IMG/VR virus record: IMGVR_UViG_3300044695_002920
Coordinates: 1 to 57,808 of that record
From: a virus
Taxonomy: Duplodnaviria; Caudoviricetes
DNA: 57,808 nt
Direction: 5' to 3' (one strand)
How positions within the stretch are numbered: position 1 is the first letter of the stretch; each line of letters opens with the position of its first letter. The notes below the pieces were generated by a model. The model was not told the origin of the DNA. It made no database searches and worked only from the letters and a program-made list of their open reading frames with translations. Below are positions 35,079 to 43,019 of the stretch, piece by piece. Position numbers and translations under genes: made by a program.

Positions 35079-37157
35079 ATGAACACACTACATCTTGATA
35101 TCGAGACCTTCTGCGCGATGCCGATCACCGCAGGGGCGCACCGCTACGCCGAGGACGCCGAGGTCATGCTCATCGCCAAGGCGTGGGACGACGAGCCTGT
35201 CGAGGTCATCGACTGCACTGAGGGCGTCTGGGACACCATCGCCCCGCGCCTGCAGAACGACATCGACCGCGCCGAGCGCGTCGTCATCCACAACAGCTCA
35301 TTCGATCGCACTGTGCTGCGCCACAGGGGCGTCAGCGTGCCTACGGAGAAGATCACGGACAGCATGGTGCTCGCCCTGCAGCACGGCCTGCCGGGCAAGC
35401 TGGGGCAGCTCTGTGAGGCTCTGGGCGTGCCGCAGGACAAGGCCAAGGACAAACGCGGCTCGCGCCTCATTAATCTCTTCACAAAGCCCCGCCCGAAGAA
35501 TATAAAGATCAGACGGGCTACGCGGGAGACGCACCCTGATGAGTGGCAAGAGTTCATCGAATACGCCTCACTCGACGTGGACGCGATGCGAGAAGTATTG
35601 GCACGAACCCCTAGATGGAACGATACTCCAAGTGAGCGTCGACTGTGGCTCCTCGACCAAGACATTAACGACCGTGGTGTCTGCGTCGACACTGAACTCG
35701 CCAGCGCTGCTGTGCGAGCTTTCAACGGAACTTTGGGAACTCTGGCCACTCGTATCGAGGGACTTACCGGAGGGGCCGTAAGCAGCGCCACGCAGCGCGA
35801 CCGCATGCTGGCCTACCTGCGCGATCAGCAGGGCCTAGAGATAGCCGACCTGACCAAGGACACGCTGGCCAAGCTGCTGCGCTCCGACCTGTCGCCACAC
35901 GTCCGCGAGGTGCTTGAGGTGCGTCAGCAGGCCTCGGCGACCAGCCCAGCCAAGTACACGGCCCTACTGCTCGCCGCGTCGTCCGATGGGCGTCTGCGCG
36001 GCACTGTGCAGTTCTGCGGCGCTGCCCGCACTGGGCGCGACGCGGGCCGGATCTTCCAGCCGCAGAACCTGCCCCGCACGCCCGACTGGTTCGACGGCGA
36101 GGTGCAGGAGCTGACCGTGCGCGCCTTCAAGGAGGGCATGGCCGACGTCCTGTGGGACAATATCAGCGAGCGCTGCAGCATGGCCGTGCGCGGCTCTCTG
36201 GTGGCCGCCAAGGGTAAGAAGCTGGTCATCGCCGACCTGTCGAACATCGAGGGGCGCGTCCTCGCGTGGCTGGCCAACGAGGCGTGGAAGATCGAGGCCT
36301 TCAGGGCCTATGACCGCGGCGAGGGGCCTGACCTGTACAAGGTCACCGCCGGGCGCATCCTCGGCAAGGATCCGGCCGACATCACCAAGGAAGAGCGCCA
36401 GCTACAGGGCAAGGTGCCCGAGTTGGCCGGAGGCTATCAGGGCGGCGTCGGTGCCTACCGCGTCATGGGCGGCGCAGTGTTCGAGGCCATGACCGACGAG
36501 GAGATCCAAGAGATCGTCCACGCGTGGCGCGCGGCGCACCCGCGCACCAAGGCCCTGTGGTACGACGTCGAGCGCGCGGCGAAGGACGTCATCAAGAACC
36601 CCGGCAGCAGCGTCGACGTGCGGGGCCTGCTGCGCTTCGACATGCGCACGGACGAGTATGGCGCGAACTGGATGCGCATACGCCTGCCCAGCGGCCGGTA
36701 CCTGTGCTACAAGGATCCGAAGGTCGACGACGAGGGCTGCGAGCCTTGCAACGGTGAGGGCCTGATCCACGACATGGAGCACGGCTCTCCGGGCCTGTGG
36801 GTGCGCTGCGAGACGTGCGACGGCAAGGGGCGTCTGGGCGGCGGCCAGATCATCTACAAGGGCATCAACCAGTACACGCGCCAGTGGGCGACGCTGGAGA
36901 CCTACGGCGGCAAGCTGGTCGAGAACATCGTGCAGGCGATCGCGCGCGACGTCTTCATGTCCGGCCTGCGCCGCGCCGAGGAGCACGACTACCCAGTCGT
37001 CCTGCGCGTGCATGACGAGCTGGTCTGCGAGGTGCCTGACAGCAGCGGCTACACGCACGAGGTGCTGGCCAACCTGATGGGTGCCAACCCCGGCTGGGCC
37101 ATAGGCCTGCCGCTGGCCGCTGCGGGCTTCGAGACGCGCAGATATCGGAAGGACTGA
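35079..37157 (+). CDS. polA: DNA polymerase, family A (3'-5' exonuclease plus polymerase)
   Basis: DIET exo I, HNSSFD exo II, motif A DLSNIEGR, motif B RQLQGKVPELAGGYQGG, motif C VHDE. Confidence 0.96.
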   Translation: MNTLHLDIETFCAMPITAGAHRYAEDAEVMLIAKAWDDEPVEVIDCTEGVWDTIAPRLQNDIDRAERVVIHNSSFDRTVLRHRGVSVPTEKITDSMVLALQHGLPGKLGQLCEALGVPQDKAKDKRGSRLINLFTKPRPKNIKIRRATRETHPDEWQEFIEYASLDVDAMREVLARTPRWNDTPSERRLWLLDQDINDRGVCVDTELASAAVRAFNGTLGTLATRIEGLTGGAVSSATQRDRMLAYLRDQQGLEIADLTKDTLAKLLRSDLSPHVREVLEVRQQASATSPAKYTALLLAASSDGRLRGTVQFCGAARTGRDAGRIFQPQNLPRTPDWFDGEVQELTVRAFKEGMADVLWDNISERCSMAVRGSLVAAKGKKLVIADLSNIEGRVLAWLANEAWKIEAFRAYDRGEGPDLYKVTAGRILGKDPADITKEERQLQGKVPELAGGYQGGVGAYRVMGGAVFEAMTDEEIQEIVHAWRAAHPRTKALWYDVERAAKDVIKNPGSSVDVRGLLRFDMRTDEYGANWMRIRLPSGRYLCYKDPKVDDEGCEPCNGEGLIHDMEHGSPGLWVRCETCDGKGRLGGGQIIYKGINQYTRQWATLETYGGKLVENIVQAIARDVFMSGLRRAEEHDYPVVLRVHDELVCEVPDSSGYTHEVLANLMGANPGWAIGLPLAAAGFETRRYRKD

Positions 37158-37158
37158 C

Positions 37159-37422
37159 ATGTTCACCCAACTCGACCCCTCGATCCCCATGGACACGCCC
37201 AAGGGGCGTGGCTACGCTCTGGCTGTCATCGACTATGGTCTGGAGCACAGCCTGCTCTGGGTCGTGGCGCTGGACGACAGTGGCGAGATCTGGTGCGTGC
37301 CGAACGCCGAGGTGCGCGCGCAGAAGAACTGGTCGGCGGGGAGGACACGGCATGACCCCAGCAGCGAAACTTCAGGAGTACATCAAGAAGCGCGTGCAGG
37401 GGAGTGGCGGGAGCTACCGTAA
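37159..37422 (+). CDS. Hypothetical protein
   Basis: AAGGA SD; phage-like TPKGRGYALAVIDYG. Confidence 0.7.
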   Translation: MFTQLDPSIPMDTPKGRGYALAVIDYGLEHSLLWVVALDDSGEIWCVPNAEVRAQKNWSAGRTRHDPSSETSGVHQEARAGEWRELP

Positions 37423-37645
37423 GGTCCGCTGGGAGGCGCGCACCGGCTGCCCTGACTGCTTTATCTGGTGGCAGTGGCCGCAGGCCGCCTTCATCGAGGT
37501 TAAGGCTGGTCGCGATCGGCTGAGCCCCATGCAGGCGCGCGAGATCGAGCGCATGAAGGCCGACGGAGTGCCGGTCTACGTCGTCTCGACGGTCGAGGAC
37601 GTGGACGTCGTGCTGTCGCGTGTAAAAAACCTGTTGCAATCCTAA
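37352..37645 (+). CDS. VRR-NUC domain nuclease
   Basis: GCPD...FIEVKAGRDRLSPMQ; GGAGG SD. Confidence 0.88.
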   Translation: MTPAAKLQEYIKKRVQGSGGSYRKVRWEARTGCPDCFIWWQWPQAAFIEVKAGRDRLSPMQAREIERMKADGVPVYVVSTVEDVDVVLSRVKNLLQS

Positions 37646-37690
37646 GTTGCATGCTGTATACGGGCCTTCTCAGCAACGAAGGAGTACCAA
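37634..37690 (+). promoter_or_regulatory. Early promoter/operator plus leader
   Basis: TTGCAA-N17-TATACG; TGCAAT-CCTAA-GTTGCA; TCAGCAACGAAGGAGTACC. Confidence 0.8.
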
Positions 37691-38407
37691 ATGCCTACAG
37701 CAACACTCAAGCCCGTGAAGCGCGCCGCCAAGGGTCACAACCGCTTCTGCGGCCCGGCCGCCCTATCGATCATCGCGGGCATCGACACTGCCGAGGCCTC
37801 TGCCGTCATCCGGCACGTCAGCCGCAAGCGTAGCGTTAAGGGCACCAGCAACTGGGATATCTTACGCTCGCTCGCCCTGCTCGGCTTCAAGGCCAGCTCG
37901 GCCGCCAAGGTCGACCCGCTCAACCTCAAGACCAACCCGACGCTGGCCGCGTGGCTCAAGAGCGACGAGCGCGACGGCCAGTCGCTCTACCTGATCGCGG
38001 CCGGTTACCACTGGCAGGTCGTGCAGGGCCGCCGCTTCTGCTGCGGCATCACCAAGGACATCGTCTCGATCCGCGACGAGAAGGTCAAGCGCCGCGCCCG
38101 CATCAGCGGCGTCTGGAAGATCGAGCACGACCGCAAGGTGGCGCTGGCCGACGTGCTGCCCGCCAAGGTCAAGGCCAAGGACACCGAGGCGACCGTCCGC
38201 CGCAAGGCGCGGGAGCTGGCTGCCAAGCACGACATCGAGATCGAGATGTACCGCAACTACGACGGCGGCGAGTACTACACCAGCATCATGGTCTGGGGCC
38301 CGCGCGGCGTCGAGCTGGACAACGACCCGTTCGAGGGTGACCACTACGCCGAAGACTGGGCCGACGCGCTGGCGCGAGTGGAGGAGTACGCCAAGCTGGC
38401 GGCCTGA
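37691..38407 (+). CDS. Hypothetical protein (moron-like); N-terminal CGPAAL...H pattern suggests a papain-like fold
   Basis: Own promoter and terminator; FCGPAALSII and GYHWQVV motifs. Confidence 0.65.
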   Translation: MPTATLKPVKRAAKGHNRFCGPAALSIIAGIDTAEASAVIRHVSRKRSVKGTSNWDILRSLALLGFKASSAAKVDPLNLKTNPTLAAWLKSDERDGQSLYLIAAGYHWQVVQGRRFCCGITKDIVSIRDEKVKRRARISGVWKIEHDRKVALADVLPAKVKAKDTEATVRRKARELAAKHDIEIEMYRNYDGGEYYTSIMVWGPRGVELDNDPFEGDHYAEDWADALARVEEYAKLAA

Positions 38408-38413
38408 CCGATC

Positions 38414-38445
38414 GGGGTGGCCTTCGGGCCGCCCCAAACTTTTTT
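38414..38445 (+). terminator. Rho-independent terminator
   Basis: GGGGTGGCC-TTCG-GGCCGCCCC then AAACTTTTTT. Confidence 0.85.
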
Positions 38446-38456
38446 CACAAAGGGTA

Positions 38457-38513
38457 TTGCAATGTCGTATTGCATGTGCCACTAGGGTGCATCAGCAACA
38501 CGGAGTTAAGATC
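38457..38513 (+). promoter_or_regulatory. Early promoter/operator plus leader
   Basis: Palindrome TGCAAT-GTCGT-ATTGCA; TCAGCAACACGGAG. Confidence 0.8.
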
Positions 38514-39215
38514 ATGTCCTACGCTTTTATCGAAAACGAAGCCCGCTACGAAGCCGCCAAGTGGGCGCGCATCAAGGCCAATCGCGCCAAGAGTGGCCGC
38601 GCCAAGTGGCTGGCCGCGCACGACGATGCGCAGACCCTGTTCGACTGGCTCTTCTCGCAAGGTGAGTTCATCGGCGTTGAGCAGCTCGGCTCGCGCTGCT
38701 GCCGCTATGCCGACGGCCATGTCGAGCACGAGGACAACAAGTACGGCGTCTGCGGATGCAAGATCGTCAGCCACCCGCTGTCGTTCTACGCTCGCGGCGA
38801 CTTCCTCAACAAGATGCGCGGCACGATTGAAGAGTGGGGCGGCCTGACCGACGGCCAGCACGCCGCAGTCGCCAAGTCCTTCGCCAACGCCAAAGACAAG
38901 CTGGCCGGTCGCGAAGTGGCTCGCGCCGAGGCGAACGCCGCAGACCGCAACACCTGCCACGTCGGCACCGTCGGCGAGCGCCGCGACTTCGAGCTGACTG
39001 CCGAGCGCACGCACAGCTTCGACGGCCAGTTCGGCACGACGTACATCACGATCTTCCGCGACGCTGACAACAACGTCATCGTCTACAAGGGCAACCTCGC
39101 GTTTGGTCGCGGTGAGAAGGTGCGTGGCAAGGCCACCATCAAGGCGCACGACGTACGCGACGGTGTGCCGCAGACCATCATCGCCCGCCCCAAGTTTGAG
39201 GAGCACCAAGCATGA
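38514..39215 (+). CDS. Hypothetical protein with C-terminal OB-fold-like domain
   Basis: HVGTVGER...FRDADNNVIVYKG...KATIKAH..RDGVPQTIIARPK. Confidence 0.7.
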   Translation: MSYAFIENEARYEAAKWARIKANRAKSGRAKWLAAHDDAQTLFDWLFSQGEFIGVEQLGSRCCRYADGHVEHEDNKYGVCGCKIVSHPLSFYARGDFLNKMRGTIEEWGGLTDGQHAAVAKSFANAKDKLAGREVARAEANAADRNTCHVGTVGERRDFELTAERTHSFDGQFGTTYITIFRDADNNVIVYKGNLAFGRGEKVRGKATIKAHDVRDGVPQTIIARPKFEEHQA

Positions 39216-39373
39216 AACTTACCGACCGTGAGATCCGCGCCAAGGCACACGCCATCGTCGACGAGATCGAGACGCGCGCCGCCCCGCGCATCGCTGCGGG
39301 CATGAGCCGCGACAAGGCGCTGATGCTGACCATCATGGAGATGGGCGGCAAGATCAGCGTAGTGAAGGGATGA
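39212..39373 (+). CDS. Hypothetical protein (53 aa)
   Basis: AGGAG SD, ATGA coupling; MKLTDREIRAK... Confidence 0.65.
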   Translation: MKLTDREIRAKAHAIVDEIETRAAPRIAAGMSRDKALMLTIMEMGGKISVVKG

Positions 39374-39374
39374 G

Positions 39375-40055
39375 ATGCTAAAGCAGGTAACACTTGCTGA
39401 AGCAAAGGATTGGTTCGCCCAGTACCACTACACCGGTACTGCGGCGGGCCATCGTTTCTACGCGTGGCTTCGAGACGACAAGATCGACGGCGTCGTTGCC
39501 CTTGGGCGCGGAGGCAACCGTTTTGGGGTGGCCGATAAGTTCGGCCTCACCGCATGGGCTGGCGGTCTTGAGATAACGCGCGTGGCTTGCCATCCAGACG
39601 GGCCGAAGAACACCGCCTCGAAGATGGTCGCCGCTGCCCTGCGCGAGCTTGCGGCGGGCGGCGATCAGTGGGTCTTCACTTACGCGGATACCGCCCACGG
39701 CCACCACGGGGGCATCTATCAGGCTCTCAACGCCGTGTATGTCGGCACCGACGCCAAGCAGTGGGTGAACTTCGAGCTGGATGGCCTGCGCGTTTCCAAG
39801 CGGGCAATCAGCGGGAAGTTCGGGCACACGCGCTGGCCTGAAGTTCGCGATCTTGCGGCGGATGCCGGTCATGTCTTGCGCAAAGTCGCGTGGCAGCCGA
39901 AACACACATATGTGCTGCCAATTGCTAGTGACCGCAAAGCGCGCCGCGCGATACAGGCCGCACTCGAACCACGGGCGCTTCCGTATCCAAAGCCGGGCCA
40001 GCCTGTTGCGCCTACGCCGTATCGCAATCATCGACCGAAAGACGACAACCAATGA
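39375..40055 (+). CDS. mom: Mom-like GNAT DNA-modification enzyme
   Basis: AQYHY; LEITRV; PKNTASKMV; TYAD..GHHGGIYQALN..YVG matches the Mu Mom family pattern. Confidence 0.8.
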   Translation: MLKQVTLAEAKDWFAQYHYTGTAAGHRFYAWLRDDKIDGVVALGRGGNRFGVADKFGLTAWAGGLEITRVACHPDGPKNTASKMVAAALRELAAGGDQWVFTYADTAHGHHGGIYQALNAVYVGTDAKQWVNFELDGLRVSKRAISGKFGHTRWPEVRDLAADAGHVLRKVAWQPKHTYVLPIASDRKARRAIQAALEPRALPYPKPGQPVAPTPYRNHRPKDDNQ

Positions 40056-41413
40056 AGTTCACCCCGCACGACTACCAGCGCGAGGCCATGGACCACATCT
40101 ACAGGACGCCACGCTGCGCCCTGTGGATGCCCATGGGCGGCGGTAAGACGGTGACCACCCTCACGGCGCTAGACACCCTCGACTTCGTAGAGGACGTCTT
40201 CCCGGTGCTGGTGCTGGCACCGCTGCGCGTCGCGCGGTCGACATGGCCTGACGAGGTGGCGAAGTGGCAGCACCTCGCGCACCTGCGCGTCAGTGTCATC
40301 ACCGGCAGCGCCAAGGAGCGGGCTGCGGCCCTGCGTAACGTCGCAGACATATACACGATGAACTACGACAACCTCGTCTGGCTGCGCGAGACGCTGGGCG
40401 ACGAGTGGCCGTTCAAGACGGTGGTCGCGGACGAGTTCACGCGCCTCAAGTCCTTCAGGCTGCGTCAGGGAGGCTCCAGAGCCGCTGCGCTGGGTAAGGT
40501 GGCCCACACGCGCGTCAGCCGCTTCATCGGCCTCACAGGCACGCCTGCGCCCAACGGCGTGAAGGATCTGTGGGGGCAGACGTGGTTCCTCGATCAGGGG
40601 GCACGCCTCGGGCGCACCTTCAGCGCCTTCGAGCAGCGCTGGTTCCGCAAGGGCTATGACGGCTACAGCCTCGTGCCATACGCGCATACACAGCGTGAGG
40701 TCGAAGAGGCGCTGAAGGACATCTGCCTCACCGTGCAAGCCCTATCCGTCGACGAGCCCAACACGCTGCCGATCTACATCGACCTGCCGAAGAAGGCGCG
40801 CAAGGCGTATGACGCCATGGAGGAGGAGATGTACGCCATGCTCGCCGAGGGTGAGATCGAGGCGGCCAACGCGGCGGTGCGCACGCAGAAGTGCTTGCAG
40901 CTCGCCAACGGCGCGGCGTACACGGATGACGAGGGGTCGTGGGAGGAAGTGCATGACGCAAAGCTCGACGCGCTGGAGAGCATCATCGAGGAGGCTAACG
41001 GAGCGCCTGTGCTTGTGGCGTATAACTTCAAGCACGATCTCGCGCGACTACAGGCTCGTTTCCGTAAAGGTCGGGTGTTGGACGCTGACCCTGATACGAT
41101 CAGGCAGTGGAACGCCGGTCGGATCCAGCTACTATTCGCTCACCCTGCGTCGGCAGGGCACGGCCTCAACCTCGCCGACGGCGGGAACATCCTCGCCTTC
41201 TTCGGTGTGAACTGGAACCTCGAAGAGCATATGCAGATCATCGAGCGTATCGGGCCGATGCGCCAGAAGCAGGCGGGCTATGACCGGCCGGTCATGGTCT
41301 ATCCGATCCTCGCCCGCGACACGATCGACGACGTCGTCATGGACCGGCTGGGCGGCAAGAAGAGCGTACAGGAGGCGTTGTTGGACGCCATGAAATCAAG
41401 GAGACAGAAATGA
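40052..41413 (+). CDS. SNF2-like SF2 helicase
   Basis: MGGGKT, ADEF, LTGTP, SAGHGLNL, QIIERI. Confidence 0.93.
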   Translation: MKFTPHDYQREAMDHIYRTPRCALWMPMGGGKTVTTLTALDTLDFVEDVFPVLVLAPLRVARSTWPDEVAKWQHLAHLRVSVITGSAKERAAALRNVADIYTMNYDNLVWLRETLGDEWPFKTVVADEFTRLKSFRLRQGGSRAAALGKVAHTRVSRFIGLTGTPAPNGVKDLWGQTWFLDQGARLGRTFSAFEQRWFRKGYDGYSLVPYAHTQREVEEALKDICLTVQALSVDEPNTLPIYIDLPKKARKAYDAMEEEMYAMLAEGEIEAANAAVRTQKCLQLANGAAYTDDEGSWEEVHDAKLDALESIIEEANGAPVLVAYNFKHDLARLQARFRKGRVLDADPDTIRQWNAGRIQLLFAHPASAGHGLNLADGGNILAFFGVNWNLEEHMQIIERIGPMRQKQAGYDRPVMVYPILARDTIDDVVMDRLGGKKSVQEALLDAMKSRRQK

Positions 41414-41628
41414 CAAGACTACTGACGCTTATGGACCCCGAAGAGTGCCCAGACACGGATATGTACCGCGAGCTGTTGTGGTTCGAAACCGTATGCCGGA
41501 TCAAGCATATCAGACACACAACGGAAGAAGAGGTGCGTTCGTTTCTGCGTAACGAGCGGGGCCGCCCCGACCTAGCCGACGCGTTCTCTACTTCTTATCT
41601 TTTTCCAGAAGACTTTCAAGAAACCTGA
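41410..41628 (+). CDS. Hypothetical protein
   Basis: AGGAG SD, ATGA coupling; overlaps the convergent late gene by 41 nt. Confidence 0.6.
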   Translation: MTRLLTLMDPEECPDTDMYRELLWFETVCRIKHIRHTTEEEVRSFLRNERGRPDLADAFSTSYLFPEDFQET

Positions 41629-43015
41629 GTGTCTTGTAGTCAAGGACGCCACCTTGCGGCTTCAGTTGCATGGCACGCAAAGGTGACTTTGTGCCGGGCT
41701 GAACGCCTACGGGGAAGTCAAACGGGGTTTCGTATTTAAGAGCCGCCATGACGTCAGGGGATAGACCGAGAGCGCCAATGTTTTCTTTCAACCGCCCCAC
41801 CCCACGACCGGGGATCGAGTAGTTGTAGGACGCGTGGGACGAAGGCGATGCGCCGAACCTTGGGTCGATAATACCGACATTGCGGAGCGTTGTCAGCGGA
41901 GTGTTCATCTGATCGAGGTCGGTCGCAGCGTATATTGCTTCCCCTTCCCCAAGACCCCCGCGATTGCGGTATTTGTCCATCAATGAGTTCAAAGCGCCGC
42001 GCGCCTTTCCGGTGACGGTCATGAACATTTCAGCGCTGTCGGGGTCTTCAAACCCACGCCAGTTTGGCAAGATTTCCTTGATGCCAGCGGCTAGTGCTTT
42101 GCGATCCGCGCCACCCATCGCCGCGTCGGCGTAGCTGTACTGGATGCCACGCGGCATGTGCGAGAACTTTACCGCCTTCGGCCCCATCGTCCACGGCATG
42201 TACAGGACGTCTTTGCCTGTCATCTGCTGTAGCTGATCCGCAAGCTCTACGTGCCGTTCAGCAGGGCCGCGCTCGGACGCCCAGACAGAGCCGGGGTTGT
42301 CGAACATATAGTCTTGGCCGCCACGGCGACTGAACGGGACGCGGAACATTACATCGTTGATCGCGGTGATGTCGTCACCCGCCGCCGCAAGGTCAGACAT
42401 GGACGTGATGTACGGGTAGCCTTCGTAATCAAAGATGCTGACCTCTGGTGCGGGATCGGTAATGCGCGGGGCTAGATCTACCTTAAGGTTAGCGATCTTG
42501 CCCAGTTCGCCTTTACGGTTTTCGATGCGTGGGTCTGTCGCCACGTCGGCGGGGCGCACTGAGTAGGGGCTAGGCGCTTTGGTGTTTACGTTTGGCGTGT
42601 CAGATCCCGACAGGCGTTGCGCAGCCACGCGCCACTCTGCCAGCGGTGCGTCTGCTGGGATCATGCCTTCGAGCCTGCGAGCGATATCGGAGCCGAACTC
42701 AAGCGCGACTTCGTGGATGGGGTTTGCAATACCCTTAACGATAGGTTTTGCTTTGGGCTTGGGAGCCTTCTTTACGGCCTTTTTCTCTGCGGCATCAGGC
42801 TTCGCAGCCAACGGCTTCGCAGCAGGCGGTTTCGCAGCCAACGGCTTCTGCTTCGGTGCTTTCTTCCTCGGCACCGTTAGCGAGGGTAAGTCTAGAACGT
42901 CGCGCAGTGGCTTCTCGATAATGTCGGGAATGTAGTCCGAGCCGCTTCTGACGGCGCTTCTTAGGCCACTCTCAATAATCCGAGTTGGGCTTGGTTTGCG
43001 GGATCTGCCTGACAC
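41588..43015 (-). CDS. Putative virion cargo protein B (shared N-terminal leader plus unknown globular domain)
   Basis: Last gene of the ejection operon; first 62 aa are 82% identical to those of 43020-44258. Confidence 0.8.
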   Translation of the reverse strand: MSGRSRKPSPTRIIESGLRSAVRSGSDYIPDIIEKPLRDVLDLPSLTVPRKKAPKQKPLAAKPPAAKPLAAKPDAAEKKAVKKAPKPKAKPIVKGIANPIHEVALEFGSDIARRLEGMIPADAPLAEWRVAAQRLSGSDTPNVNTKAPSPYSVRPADVATDPRIENRKGELGKIANLKVDLAPRITDPAPEVSIFDYEGYPYITSMSDLAAAGDDITAINDVMFRVPFSRRGGQDYMFDNPGSVWASERGPAERHVELADQLQQMTGKDVLYMPWTMGPKAVKFSHMPRGIQYSYADAAMGGADRKALAAGIKEILPNWRGFEDPDSAEMFMTVTGKARGALNSLMDKYRNRGGLGEGEAIYAATDLDQMNTPLTTLRNVGIIDPRFGASPSSHASYNYSIPGRGVGRLKENIGALGLSPDVMAALKYETPFDFPVGVQPGTKSPLRAMQLKPQGGVLDYKTLRFLESLLEKDKK

Positions 43016-43019
43016 GGTG

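Noticed and set aside
36730-36845. Intein in the polymerase
   Set aside because: Too short, and lacks the terminal HN-C/S/T intein motif; it is a zinc-finger-like insert.
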